A stretch of DNA of 64,000 bases from assembly GCF_004010195.1 (NCBI RefSeq), contig NC_057718.1:22356963-22420962 (forward strand). The letters run 5' to 3'. Each line of letters opens with the position of its first letter. Positions within the stretch are counted from its first letter, which is position 1. Below, piece after piece: positions 11,561 through 25,434 of the stretch. This stretch comes from Chiloscyllium plagiosum. Taxonomy: Eukaryota. The notes below the pieces were generated by a model. The model did no database searches and was not told the DNA's origin. It saw nothing but the letters and a program-made list of their open reading frames with translations. Position numbers and translations under genes: made by a program.

Positions 11561-13857
11561 AGTGTTATTGAGTAAATTCAATGAGACCAAACATCATGAG
11601 TACAATCACAAATGCGGCCTCCTCTAAATATTGTAAGCAGTAGCCAATATATAGATAAACTAAGGAAGTGTAATCCAATATGTTTGTGTAGATTTAACCT
11701 TAAATGTTGATATACCAGGGTTCATTTCATACCACCTTCTTGACTTTTCCATGATGTGCTGCCAGAAATTGAATCTCCATTTTAGTAGAGCAAAGTTTCT
11801 ACCTTGACATTCTTGGCTTTGTTTATATACCTTTTATATTCAAACACCAAAGAGGCAAGTTTATTTGTGAAATATAGCAGGCAGATTCCTTGAGGTATCT
11901 GTCGAGTATTTCCACATATGTTTGCAATTACCATTTATCGCAGTATTGGATAGAGAAACCTGAACACTAGCGTTATTGTTCTTAAGTTCCACAATTTTAG
12001 AATTGCTTTCCAAAGTATGCGAAGACGTAATGCAGACCCTATTATTTATCCCATATATACAATGCAAATTAAGTTTAATTGATTTTGCATGGAATACCCA
12101 ACATTTTCTGAGCTATTCACTCTGTGCTCTGTTGCTGCTGATGAACTTTGATTCTTCAAACTGTGGCCAGTAAGGTTTTTGAAGGAGGATATTGCTGCTT
12201 TATTTGATTTTCAAAGCAGTGGCTTCTACAGTGTCTTCTATTTGATATTGTTCTTTAAGGAAGGAAACTGCCATCTTTACCTGGTCTGGTCTACCTCTGG
12301 CTCCAGACCCACAACAATAAGGGATGGACAATAAATGCTGACCTAGCCTGCGATGCCCTCATCCCTTAAGTGAATTAAAAATAATTATTTTTTAATATCG
12401 GAGTGCTTTTTGCAATATCTTTAAACCACTGTTGCAAGTCTACTTCCTAACTATATTGCTCAACTTTGGCATTCAGTGCTGTATGGTAATAGCTCTTGTG
12501 GTCTTGGAGGAGGAAGGAAAATTCAGGCAGAGGAGCAAGCGTGCTGTTGCCACAAGTACCAAACCCACATTTCGAATTAGCCCCAATGTGGCTTTCCATA
12601 TTCACATGTATCTACTGGTCATGCCTGAGGAAACTTACCCCTTTCTAGTTCCACTTTGTGAGTTGAGGGCATAGTGGTATAATGCCATCTCTGAAGCCTG
12701 AGGTCTACCAAAGGCCAACACGCTTCTTGCTGTTGTGAAAGCCACTATGATAAGTTCCTTTCAAGCCACTCTGGTGACATTTGCCACATTACGCAGAAAC
12801 CAGTTTTCCAAATTTCCAAGCAGCTTGAGAAACCTTGTTTGCCAAACGGGAAACTTATGCCCAGTTCCTCACGGCAAAGAGGAAGAGCAGTTTTTACCTT
12901 CTCATAATGTGCAGAATCACAATGTTTTAGTTAGAAAACTGTGTGAATAATAACATCATGCATATAGGTTATCAATATTCCATTGATATTAGAGTACACT
13001 CTCCCAGCAGTCTCAGTGCCTTTACCTTGTCCTGTGCATTGTGCCAGGAGTAGTTCAAAGATCAATGAGTATGAATACCATTGACAAACCACTAAATCAA
13101 GGGTAACAGGCAATCTCATATGATTAAAAACTACCAAAATAACCGGAATGCTGAAATAGTGGTCCAATTGCCCATAGGGGTTAGGTGGGCCCAATTCTAC
13201 AAAGGTTTACAAATGATCAATATCAGCTGTATTTACAGTGAATCAAACTGCTTGAATATGTTATTACACGTCTTAGCTCAGAGGCAGGCACACTGTCACA
13301 GTACAACAAGAACCCTCCAATATTAGCTGTGTTCTGCAATGTTTTGCAACATTAGAAATTTAGCAAAGCAGGAAAAGAAGCATAGAGAGGAAAATGAATC
13401 AGATTAAGCTAATATGCAGCCAGAAAGACAGTCACATCAATCATCGAAAGAAAAAACATCCACTTAAAAGCTTCATTTGTGAGACTAGGTGAATATACCT
13501 ATGGCCTCCTTTCAAACATACTACTTCATTAACAATGTTCAGCACATAATCATGATTACTTTTATTGCTATTCCAGTCTGCATCCTACAGCTTTATTATG
13601 GCCCTTCAGATGATGGATTTGCAATTTAATTTCGTGTGTGTGTGTGTGTCATACTACCATAGTAATGGGAAGAACTTAGTATTTGTGATTTCACTTTCTC
13701 CCCATGCTTAATTCTTTAGGACTTGTCTTTATCTCCCTATCCATTAGTCCAAGTGTACCATGCTTTTACTGCTTGCTTGTGTTTGCTTTTTGCTTGTGAA
13801 ACAGTATGCTATTTATTATATCTCATCTTGGGTTAATAATTTCTTCCCTTCTGTTAG

Positions 13858-13954
13858 GATACCTAAAGGGAGGGGATGTGCTGAGGTTACTGCATGGACA
13901 CATGGATGAATGTTTGACTGTGCCTTCAGGAGAACATGGAGAAGAACAGCGGAG
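13858..13954 (+). CDS. RYR2: RYR2 exon 10-equivalent (97 nt): (G)YLKGGDVLRLLHGHMDECLTVPSGEHGEEQR(R)
   Basis: ttctgttag|GA TAC ... CGG AG|gtaact. Confidence 0.97.
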
Positions 13955-14237
13955 GTAACTAAGGTGGCAAAACTAACCGTGGCACATGGGGTGCGCAGTG
14001 GGAGATCTATGTGGAGAACTGAAAGATCCTGACAGAGATAGAATTATGTAATGCCACATGTTGTTTGCAAGGAGGTATCAACTCATCAAATAACTTAAGT
14101 AGCTGTGTTACACATTTATTTGTTCAAGAGATTAATGTGCCATGATTTTGGCTACAATGAATGTGCTGTGTGAGGGTAAGCTGTTATTCTGTTTCTGAGA
14201 TACAGTGGCTTGAAATCTCAAAATAAAATTCTTTTGT

Positions 14238-14345
14238 TGTTCTGAAGAAGAGCCATATTGAACTCAAAACGTTAACTCTATTTCTCTCTCCCCTGATGCT
14301 ATCAGGCTCATTGAGTTTCTCCAGCATCTTCTGTTTATATTTTAT
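14238..14345 (+). mobile_element. Older PLE terminal-repeat fragment with a decayed hammerhead
   Basis: gtt, CTGAAGA (14242-14248), agagccatattgaactc, AAAA, CGTT, aac, followed by ...gatgct...gagtttctccagcatcttctgttt. Confidence 0.6.
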
Positions 14346-14804
14346 CTTAAATTGGCCAGTAGCTTTTGGAGATTCACAATTCACACTGCGGGATGGATTT
14401 TACAGAGCCTGCTGCAGCGGACGTGATGGCGGACGGGGTGCTGTGAGATTCGGGTATGAGTACCTGAATCCAATTCCTCCAATTGGGTAAACTATCCTCA
14501 ATCGAGTTCTGGTAGGGCCTACAGTGTGAATCCCGTGCAAGGGTGGGTGAAGGGATTGCCAAACTAGCTTTTTACTGAGTCACTTATTTGTAATTATGCT
14601 TGAGCCCAGTGAACTTTAGTGTTGAAGGGAAGATGATGTTACAGTGTCACTAGATTAGTAACACAGAAACCAAAATAATGTCATGGGGACCATATTTGAA
14701 TTCCACAACAGCTGGTAGTGCACTTTGAATTTAAAAAAATACTCAAGGTTACTGGTGATTCAGAAATTTAATAGGACCTCGACTGGCCTTTTGGAAATTT
14801 AGAT

Positions 14805-15755
14805 GGGCATTTTGGAAAAGCAAATCAGAACAACATTTATACACTTAATGGTAAGTTTCTCGGGAGAGTTGCTGAACAAAGAGACCTTGGAATGCAGATT
14901 CATAGTTCATTGAAAGTAGAGCCGTAGGTAGATAGGAGAGTGAAGAAGGTGTTTGGTGTGCTTTTCTTTATTGGTCAGAGCATTGAGTATAGGAATTGGG
15001 AGGTTATGTTGTGGCTGTACAGGACATTGGTTAGGCCACTTCTGGAATATTGCATCTGGTCTTCTTCCTATAGGAAGGATGTTGTGAAATGTGAAAGGAT
15101 TCAGAAAAGGATGTTGCCAGTTTTGGAGGATTTGATCTATAGGGCAAGTCTGAATAGGCTGGGGCTGTTTTCCCTAGAACGTCGGAAGCTGAGGGGTGAC
15201 CTTATAGAGGTTTGTAAAATCATGAGGGGCATGGATTAGATAAACAGACAAGATCTTTTTCCTGGGGTGGGGGAATCCAGAGCTATAGGGCATAGGTTCA
15301 GAGTGAGAGGGGAAAGATGGTAGAGGCTGGTACAATTGCAACATTTAAAAGGCATCTGGATGGGTACATGAATAGGAAGGGCTTGGAGGGATATGGGCCA
15401 AGTACTGACAAGTGGGACTAGATTAGGTTGGGATGTCTTGTCAGCATGGATCGAGTTGGACCGAAGGGTCTGTTTCCATGCTGTACATCTCTATGACTCT
15501 ATATAAAAGGGATGTAAGAGGCAACTTTTTCATGCAGAGGGTGGTGCGTGTCTGGAATTAGCTGCCAGAGGAAGTGGTGAGGGCTGGTACAATTACAGAA
15601 TTTAAAAGATATTTGAATCGGCATATGAATAGGAAGAATTTGGAGGGATATGGGCAAGTGCTGACAAATGGGACTAGATTAGGTTAGGATATCTGGGTGG
15701 TATGGAAGGGTTGGACCGAAGGGTCTGTTTCCATGCTGTATATCTCTATGACTTT
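14805..15755 (+). mobile_element. CR1-type LINE 3' fragment with a nested same-family 3' end at 15319-15500
   Basis: ORF 14940..15239 reads LYRTLVRPLLEYC..LGLFSLERRKLRGDLIEV; the 3' UTR ending ctgtacatctctatgact occurs twice. Confidence 0.9.
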
Positions 15756-16269
15756 ATGGTCTCTAGCAGCTCTCAAAGACCATCCTACAAACTCTTGGGT
15801 TCCCTGCAGTCAAGTGTACGTTTGGAGTAGGGGGAATCCCTCATTGTCAGTCACTCTTTGCCTATTGAGGGGCCTGAGGGAAGTGGTTGGTTGGTTGGTT
15901 TTTGAAACCCACCCCTGCCCCTTCCCCTGCCCTGGCCTGTGAATCCTTTGCCACCCTTCAATGGTGACTTCTTTTGGTGATCTCCATTCGCCCATCACAA
16001 TCACCAGGCCTCCCAAGATTCAGCATCATTCCTCTGGGTAGGCTTCAGAGTATTACTGGCAACTCTTAGTGATGCTCCTGGTATTGGAGAGCAGTCGGTC
16101 TGAGTGTGACCAGTGGGAAAGATCCATGTTGCTGTGACTTAATTCCACCCTGTCGCTTTTCACCAATTGAATGTCCTAGCTGACTTGTATGTTAGAAGTA
16201 AAGTGTCAATTTGCCATATGTTGAAGATTGTGAGAGTGAGACTATAGTAGGTTTGAATATGTGAGGGTG

Positions 16270-17290
16270 AAAATTTTACCTTGGGTTTTCAAGTAAATGA
16301 GAATGAATGCAGGTCAATGAGCATCAGGATGATGCCTGAAGGGGGTTTGGTGCCAGATTCGGTACATATAGCTGAACTCTGAACGAGTTTAAGCTTATGG
16401 AGGTTAAGGAAAAGGTTTAGAATAATCAAGTCTGAAGATAACAAAGACATAGATAAGACATTCAGTGATGGATGGACAATTACATGGGTGGAAGTGGACA
16501 ATGTTTTCAAGGTGGAAGGGATAAAGAAGCAAACACTTGCCTTAATATAAGAAGGGATGCTGAATTTTCAAACAGGGGGGTCTGTAACAATTTGAGATGA
16601 TATCTGAAGAGGGAAATTGAATCAGGGATGAATCAATGGATTGTGAGTCAACAGATTATGCATCTGGAAATAATGATGGTGGATTTAGGCATCCCATTGT
16701 GTAATTGGAGGAAATAATGAATGTATGAAACAGGAATTTGGGAAGGCAGTCTGACAACACAAAGTTGGATCAAGAAAGATCTAGCTTCGATATGTAACCT
16801 CCAACTTGACCCCGAGTCTTCAGCTGATACTAGCAAGGGGTGGCATATAGATGAAGAAGAGAAGCAAGGTTAGGAAGAGGTCGCTGCAGAACTCCAGAGG
16901 TAATGGTACAGGAGCTCGAAGAATATCCATCATGGATGATGATCTGGGAATCACATACAGTTGGATGATGAAAGCGAGGCCTCATAGGAATATGGTGTAA
17001 TTAACTATACTAAAGGCTGCAGAGTGGGAAGGATGAGAAGAGATAGTGCACTATGATCACAGTCATTAAAAAATGTAATTTGTCAACTTGATTAGAATCT
17101 TGTAGAGGCAGGCTGTGGAGATTAAGACATGGAGTTAAGTAAAATATGAACACAAGTTTGGGAGGTGAACGTTGCTTGGGCAAGAAGATAAAGTGATTGG
17201 AAATGTGGGTGGTAGTTTGCAAAGACAGAGGGGTCAACAATGGATAATTTGAAGAGAATGTGTCTTAGAAAAGGAAAGTCTGAATAGAAT
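16270..17290 (-). mobile_element. Old L2-like LINE fragment
   Basis: Purine-rich decayed tract; the minus strand has RT-like remnants (DDXXIPRSSS/QLY region near 16935-16970) and resembles the L2 pieces at 25430 and 53230; boundaries approximate. Confidence 0.4.
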
Positions 17291-18045
17291 TTAGTATTTT
17301 CTATTTAACCTGTTCGGAGTTGTGATTATACTGTGCCACAGAAGCCCTCTGAATAGCTTACCATCTGTGATAGCGATGGCATGGATAGTAGAAAGGGAAA
17401 TTGAGTGGCCAATTGTTTTGGTGGAAAAGTTCAACGGAACAGGTGATGGGTCTCACCAGCAAAGTGATCTTGGAGAAAGCAAGAAGGGCGATTGGTCAGA
17501 GACTGCGGAAACACTCAGGAAAATTGGTGTATTGCAAAGTTGATGATGCCAGGAGGCACCTTTGGGCGAGTTTGGCTTTTTAAGTGAAGGGAAGCAGAAT
17601 CATATCAAAGGCAGCTAAATTTATGGTTTCAAATTTTGCATGTTAAACTCACATTTTATGCAATTTGAATGTTTTAAATCATATGTTCCAGGTTGCGGTC
17701 TCCATGAACAAGTTAAGGGCCTAACATTATACTTTAAATACATGCTTGCCACCTTTTAATGTCAAGTTTGAGCAGCCAGATACAAGTTGATGAGGTTAAC
17801 TGGCAATTTAAAACTTAAGAAATGAGACAGGGATAGATGTAATGCAGGGCTATTATCCTTTATCCCTGTCTCCTTTTGTGTCTATTAGCCTGTAATCAAA
17901 AACTAGAGAAGAGAATCAAAACAGACAAGATTAAGTTAACTGAAAACTTCTTCCTGTTACTCACTGAAATTACCTGGGTTAGACTGTTTTCCAGTCTCTG
18001 GATCGAGTATGTAACTTCATTATCTGGAGCGAAACCAATGGCATC

Positions 18046-18459
18046 TGTCGCAAAGTCACATTGTCACAATGTATATAATAGGTCACAATTGTTTTGATAT
18101 TTTGCATGTGATGTGAAAATAGATGTAAAGCTGAGCAAATATTTGGGCAAGTTTTCACAAATTTAATCAATTTGTTTCAACACACAACATACATCCGGTA
18201 AGACTTGAATCTCTTGCCTCAAAGCTACATTACCATTGCACTCCAAGAGCCCTCCCGGTCACAATGTAGATATTTTCTAATCAACCTGTTCACAGGCTTT
18301 ATTACACACCTCTGAAGCAGCTGCATCTTGTATCCAAGTCTCTTCGCCCAGAGGTAGAGGCATTACTACTGTGTCACAAAGTCACCTTGTCACAGTGTAT
18401 ATAATAGGTCACAACTGTTTTCAGATTTTGCATGTGATGTGAAAATAGATGTAAAACTG
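18046..18459. repeat. 88-bp direct duplication (18046-18133 and 18372-18459)
   Basis: tgtc(g/a)caaagtcac.ttgtcaca.tgtatataataggtcacaa.tgtttt...attttgcatgtgatgtgaaaatagatgtaaa.ctg occurs twice, offset 326 bp. Confidence 0.9.
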
Positions 18460-19311
18460 TGAGAAGAGAACAGGGGATTGGGAGTACCAACATTATGTCA
18501 AAGTGAGAATCATTTGAAGTGAAGTATATCAGAATCAAGTGGATCCATAAATATCACCCTGTGGATTTTCTTACTCAATTAATTATTCAAGTAGTTCCTG
18601 GATAATCCAGATTGTAAGCATTCCGAGGAGTTCACTGCAGCAGACCAATTATATTGCTAATTCACACTTTTACTTAAATGTTACGATTCAATTTCATCTG
18701 TTTTCCTGGCTTGCTACTCTTCCTCATTAACATATAATTATACAATGCATATCACCTTCTGTTATCAAAGGACATCATGAACTCTTGATGAAGCATCAAG
18801 ACAAGAATGATTAGTGTGTGTTTTGCCTTTTAGATTCCATTTGAATTAAATAAGATTTACCATGAGGAATTTTTCAGGGAACTAAGTAACATGCTTTAGG
18901 TTAATGTTGTTCTTGTTTAAACATTTCATCTTTGTGTGTGACAACACAACCTAGTCAGCAAGTTATTGCTAGGCAATAAAAACATACTAAGAATATCTTG
19001 GTGAATTATAAAGTAAAATATAAAGATAAAAAAGTATCTATTTTAATGAGTTTGATTTAAATAGAATTTAAATAGATTCACACTGTGGTTTTCTCAATAT
19101 GTTATAAATCCAGGTGTGGTTATTTAGCATACTGATCAAGTGTTCAGTGAATTGAGAATCCTGTGTGTTAAGAATCTTGAACTTAGTCTCATGGAGCTTT
19201 ATCATATCTCATTGTACCTCCAGGCAGGCTGGCAGAGAATCACATCATTACAAAACTGTGGGTTCTAATCAGTCAGCCTTCTCATGCCCAAATAGATGGT
19301 GTTTAGTAGCA

Positions 19312-19896
19312 TCATAGAGTCAAAGATGTACAGCACAGAAACAGACCCTTCGGTCCAACTTGTTCATGCCAACCCGATATCCCAACCCAATCTAGTCCTA
19401 CCTGCCAGCCCCTGGCCCATATCCCTCCAAACCCTTCCTATTCATATACCCATCCAGATGTCTTTTAAATGTTGCAATTGTACCAGCCTCCAACATTTCC
19501 TCTGGCAGCTCATTCCATACATGTACCATCCTCTGCATGAAAACGTTGCCCCTTAGGTCCCTTTTATATCTTTTCCCCTCTCACTCTTGAACCTATGCCC
19601 TCTCGTTCTGGATTCCCCCACCCCAGGGAAAAAGACCTTGTCTACTTATCCTATCCATGCCCCTCATGATTTTATAAACCTCTACAAGGTCACCCCTCAG
19701 CCTCCGACACTCCAGGGAAATCAGCCTTAGCCTATTCAACCTCTTCCTATAGCTCAAATCCTCCAACCCTGGCCAGATCTTTGTAAGTCTTTTATGAACC
19801 CTTTCAAGTTTCACAACATCTTTCCGATAGTAAGGAGACCAGAATTGCACGCAATATTCCAACTTTGGCCTAACCAATGTCCTGTGTAGCCGCAAC
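19312..19896 (-). mobile_element. CR1-type LINE 3' fragment
   Basis: ORF 19593..19895 (minus) reads LHRTLVRPKLEYCVQFWSPYYRKD..RRLRGDLVEVYKIM; followed by the 3' UTR. Confidence 0.92.
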
Positions 19897-20065
19897 GCGA
19901 CATGACAACAATACAGGCGGCATTATTGGACAGATTCTTAAGAGACCTGTATTAGCAGGGATGGATATAAGACTGGGAGGGAAATCCAGAAAGATTGCCT
20001 TTGGATTGGTGGCAAAGGTTCCTGCCTACAGGGAATCTTCCTGGAAGTAGGTAAGTAATGGATGT

Positions 20066-20163
20066 TTCCCGATGAAGGGCTTTTGCCTGAAATGTCAATT
20101 TTCCTGTTCTACGAATGCTGCCTGACCTGCCGTGCTTTTCCAGCACCACTCTAATCTTGACTC
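20066..20163 (+). mobile_element. Short PLE-derived hammerhead-bearing insertion (98 bp)
   Basis: ttc, CCGATGA, agggcttttgcct, GAAA, tgtc...ttttccagcaccactctaatcttgactc; exact 14-bp TSD taagtaatggatgt at 20052-20065 and 20164-20177. Confidence 0.88.
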
Positions 20164-23100
20164 TAAGTAATGGATGTGGCTACCTGTCCAGCAGTAGCTG
20201 AGAATATGTTATTTGCAATTGATAGATCACTTGGGACAGGCCAGCTCTGCATGTGAAACCTAATAGGTCACCCCTAATAGACAGGGGATGCAGCCTGCCA
20301 GTGGCAGGCCAAGGAGAACACAAGTTTCCTTTGTGTATTCTCTTTCCCTCCGCCCTCTATTGCCCAAAGCCTGCAACAGCCATTCCCCCGCTCCCCCTGA
20401 AAGTTGTCCTGGCGTCCCTGGTCACAAATAATTGGAACCTTCTGATGCCACCTATTGCACAGCCCATCACTACTGCAGAGGCTGCTGACAGGATATTGCT
20501 TCCAGAGGTGGATCCTTATTGCTTGCCTTCAGTTAAATTATACAGGCAGATAGCAAGGCACTAGAACTAATATCAGGACCTGCCTTTGCTCCCAAACACG
20601 GAAAATCCTCAAAGGCAATAGTGAACAGCCCAGTGTTTTTGCTTTGATCCTGTCACCTCTGGCCATGAAATGAATGAACTGCTCCTCCACAGTTGGCAGC
20701 GTTGCTTACTCAAAGTTTTATACAGAATTGCATTGAATTTATGGCACAGAAGCAGGCCACTTAACTCAGCTGTTCTGTGCCCATTTTTATGCTCCATAAA
20801 AGCCTCTTCCCACCCTACCTCATGTAACCGTATCAACATGTCAACTTTTCCTTTCATCCTTCTGTGTTAATAGATCCCCTTAAATCAATCTGTGCTATTC
20901 AGTTCATCCATGTGGTAGCAGATTTTACTATCTATCGATCAAAAGGCTCACCATGTGAGTTGAATTGTTTGAGGATTACTTCTTGTTCAGTGTGATCTCA
21001 GTCACTGGTGCTGAGGATTCTTCCACGGTGGATAAAGAAATGTTCTGCTTGTACATGTGCGTCGGCTGCATCTAATATCATACTTTGAATTTGTCAGCAC
21101 TATGTTTTCACTAAGTTGTGTTGCACTCAGTTATTTCAGCTGAAGCTTTGTTGGTTACCTCAAGTAGGGTGCACTTCTCGTTGGCTATCTAATTGCTTGT
21201 GTTTTCTTGCAAACCTCACAAGTTCTTGCAGTCTGAACTCTCATCAGTGTTGATGGCAATGCAAAACATTTCTGCAGTCCAGCATCTGCTGTCAGTATGA
21301 ATCATTTTTCTTATGCCAACATGATTAGCATCATTGGATTCTGACTTCTACTAGGTTCCATCTAGGTTATGGGGAACCCTATAATATTTTTTATTGTTTG
21401 CCCATTGACTGGGAGTTCCATCGTAGCTTTCCTTTAACCAATGTTCCTTGACCAGTTTTCTGTGACTGGCTGTTTCTTGACCTGTGCTTTCTTGACTTTA
21501 ACTAATTTTACTTCTTCTCCCATTTGAAGAATATTCGAGACAAAATATGCATTCATCCTCGAGAGCACACTTCTTGATTGTGAGGCATACTTAAGTTCTC
21601 TACTATCTGACACCCCTCATGTTGCAGAGATGTTATAGCATGACTTGCCATTCTCTTGCCAAAATGCTAAGTCTGGCTCACTGAAGATCCATACTTTGAG
21701 TTTTCTTCTGTTATAGCCTCTTTTATCTCATTGACCTCTTTGTGAGGTAACTGTTTACTTCTTGTGTTTCTATGACCGTGACATACATCAGCACATTTTC
21801 TGAAAGTAAACCAATGTGTTACGTATAAAGCAGTCTGTTTTAGGAGGTGGGTACTGACTGTGCCTACGTGGACTCCTGGCACGACAGTATTGACAATATC
21901 TGTCTTGCTGTCTGTATTGGTTCTTAGGGGTATCTTTTGGGAGTTTATATCATAAGAACTGAATGGATTCTCCTGAATTTTTGTGAGATGGTTGATCTCC
22001 TCTTAGCACTAATCTGCTGTGCTTTCATACTTTACCTTCATTTACCATCTCAATGTCTTTCTCTAAAGTCATTCTTCTTTTGACTTTAACAAATATGACA
22101 AAGGTTATCAACAATCCCAACAACAATTCTGTTCCTTATACATTTACGTTTACATAGTCACATTTTCCACTAATCTGTAGATATCATTGACAAAATTATC
22201 TATGTATTACCCTGGATGCCAAAATAATATTAAATCTTGCTCTTTTATCAAAAGCATCTGTTGTTTCTTTTATGCCATCACGAGCTGTAATGCCATTAGC
22301 TATATTTACAACTGTATATAAAATGTATCAACTGATTTAACTTCTATTTCAATATCTAATTTGGCAACAATTCAGTATCTGAAGAATTATTTTCTTGACG
22401 ATGTCTAATTCTATGTTGTTAGACCAATTTCTATCATTAAACCTTGTTGTCAATATTATTTCTACTGCAATGTCTTTCTAATATGATTATTTATTTTCAC
22501 TGACTGAAAGGCTTTTGATTCTCCTAATGTGTACTGAATGGTTTTACCACCTTTTATGGTCAAAATGGATGATCCCACCTTCAGTGAGTAAAATAAATGA
22601 TTCCCTCATTTTTGTGATTTCTACTGATGAATTCTGTTAATTGCAACCTTAATAATAAACAATTCCTCTTTCTCTAATAGCTTTACTTGAATGAGTCCTG
22701 TTGCCCGTGTTGAATAATGATTCCTATTCTCTTCTGGCTTTACTGAATGAATCTTATTCTTTAAGGGTTTTCCCTAGATGATTTCCACTATTTAGCACTG
22801 TAAATAATAATCCCCATTACTTGCATGTTTTTTTCTAGATGTATTCTTAATAAATACTGCCCTCCTTTACCACTACTTAAATAATTGATTTCCCGCAATT
22901 TTTGTAGCCTCCATAGTCTGCAAATTTCCTTCTTCTATTAGACTTTGTCTGTGCAGGCTTCTAAACTTACCCTTCATCACTTTAATTCCAGCTTTGCACT
23001 GTACCTTGCTTGTGACCTTATTTTAGATTATTTTAGTTGCCCCCTGGCAACCACACTTGATCTGAGCTGTAAGTACTTTGAAAATTTCTCGATTTTCCAG

Positions 23101-25434
23101 CCTAGAGACAGCTGTATTTCACTTTCCCACCTGAAATTTCAAGTTTGCTAATGGAGCTTCAGTTGTCCATTCATTCTATAGCTGAACCTTATCTCAGGAC
23201 AGTTCCTGCAGGCCATCAGTGTTTGATGCAATCTCTAACTGCCTTTTGCAGCAATAAGTTATGATGTAGGGAGACAAATGAATATTTATCTCAATTGCAT
23301 TTTGTGGGATCTTTCCAAACAGAACCTCCTTGTTTACTCGTAATTTACAAAGGTAATTTTGGTTGTTTTAATGCATTTTGGGATCCCCTCACTGTGCAAA
23401 TGCAGGTTTTTCTTTCCTTCTCTTAAGTAAACAATAAATGGTGCTGTATTTGGGTTTGTACTGACAGTTCATTACACTTGACTGTGTTACAATGTGAGGT
23501 TAAACCATAATGTTGAAGTGAGATGCTTCGTGTGTGTTTGTGTATTCGTGTGTGTGTGTCCCACTCTCCTTCCTGCCCCCCCAGAGCCCTGACATTACGC
23601 TCCCCTGGTGATAGTCACTGCCGATATGCATCACCGCCTGTAGTCTAACATTCCCACCAATGTGTTTTGCAAATCCCCAGACATTTTGTCTTTCTCCCTT
23701 GTCACCATCCTTGTTCCCATCTCTACAAATGCCATTGTTTTGCTTCCCCCACTGTGACTGCCCGACGCCTTTTAACAGTGATGATCTTCCCTTCCCGCTC
23801 CTGTAGGCCTTCATTGCCTCTCTCTCACAGATTAATAAATGGACTCCCAGACCTTAGATCTCTGACTAATTTTGCATGTAACCCTTAGACATGACTGACC
23901 AGCACCTGTCCACTGTACTATTAGTTTCTTGTCTGATGATATATAATTTTCCTGACTGCCTGTTATAATCCTGCATGACTGACCGATGTACGCTCCCTGG
24001 TCCCCTGGCTTTGAGCAACCCAAGCAAATGATTGACCAGGGCCACAACAGTGGGGTGTGAGGAGACATTGCCTGTGGTTGATAGTATTGGGATCTTCTGA
24101 CAGAAAGTGCATGTTCCCACACCACCCTTGACAGGATTGAAGACGAGTCCCCACCCAGTTTCTGGCAAAGCCTTATAATTACATTAACACGTAGTGTGCT
24201 TGCTGTGCAGGAACCTGACACATGCTGTAGGTATTAGAGTTACATCTGAGTGCCATATATCAACATAACCTTTCCCAACCCTGGACAGATCTCTACTGAC
24301 AAGCACGCCAAGCAGCTGTAAGACCGCACAGAAGACCACTTCAATACAACATATGTTATTCGAGCTTCTTTTTAATTGCGTCTTTCATCTTTGCTTGATC
24401 CATTCCCAATGGTAGCGAATTCAACATTCTCACCATTCATTCTCCACTGCATTTCTTTTGACTATCTGATACTGATGACCTCTTGTTATGCACTTGCTCA
24501 CAAGTGGGCATGTTCTCTCTGGATATGAAAAGCTTTTAGAATTTTAAAGACATTTATTAAGTCAAGAAGCAGAAACTGAGGTGAATGTAAGGGTGCACAT
24601 TGTAAAGTGTTCTGTTAAGAAATCTGTAAAGGTATTGAAAATAGAATGTCATGCAGACATTGAAGACATTGAAGACATTGTGACGCGACAGCTACAACGT
24701 TAACCTTTCCCAGTTGCTTCCTTTTTGGTCATTGATGGGTGTAATAGTCTAATCAGATTTGTAGCAGCCATACATCACTGTCAATTAGATCTGAATTGTA
24801 TTGCTCCTTTTCTGAGCTGACTAATCAATGTGGCACAGAAAATATCTTTTGAGACTATAAATAAGATCTCTAATTCTGTTTAGCAATATCAGGGCCGTTT
24901 TGCAACATAACTAAGAAAAATAAAGTTAGATTTCTCAATTAAACAGCAAGTTAGGATTTCTACTCCAATCAACATGAACCAACTTCTCCATATGTCAGAG
25001 CGAATCTAATTTTCTTAAACTGCAACCACAGAGTTAGTGACACTAATTAGATAGTGTTTTCCTCATCTGCTATCATGTCCATTAGGCTAAGTGGTTGTTT
25101 CCAGCATGCTCTGCTCCTTAAACATGCGTGTGTACCAATGTAAACAACTATGGGAAATACTTGAACAATTAGTGTAAAGTTAGATTTAGGTCTGTGCAGA
25201 AAACTCAAAAGGTAACATTCCAAGTTTGCAATGTAAAGTAGGAGCAATAACCTTAGAGACATAGAGTGCATTAATATTTTCTGTATCCATGTGTACTAAC
25301 ATCTATGAAAAATAGATTTTATTACAATAATATCTTTGTATTCATATAACACTTTTATCATGGAATATATCTCAAGCATATCTGAACAGCCTAGTCAGAC
25401 AAAAATTGATACCAAATAAATGAAGGAGCCATTA

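Noticed and set aside
23500..24270. CR1 ORF1 esterase-like remnant (minus strand VMHIGSD)
   Set aside because: Only one short motif resembles VVHIGTND; too weak to call without a profile search.
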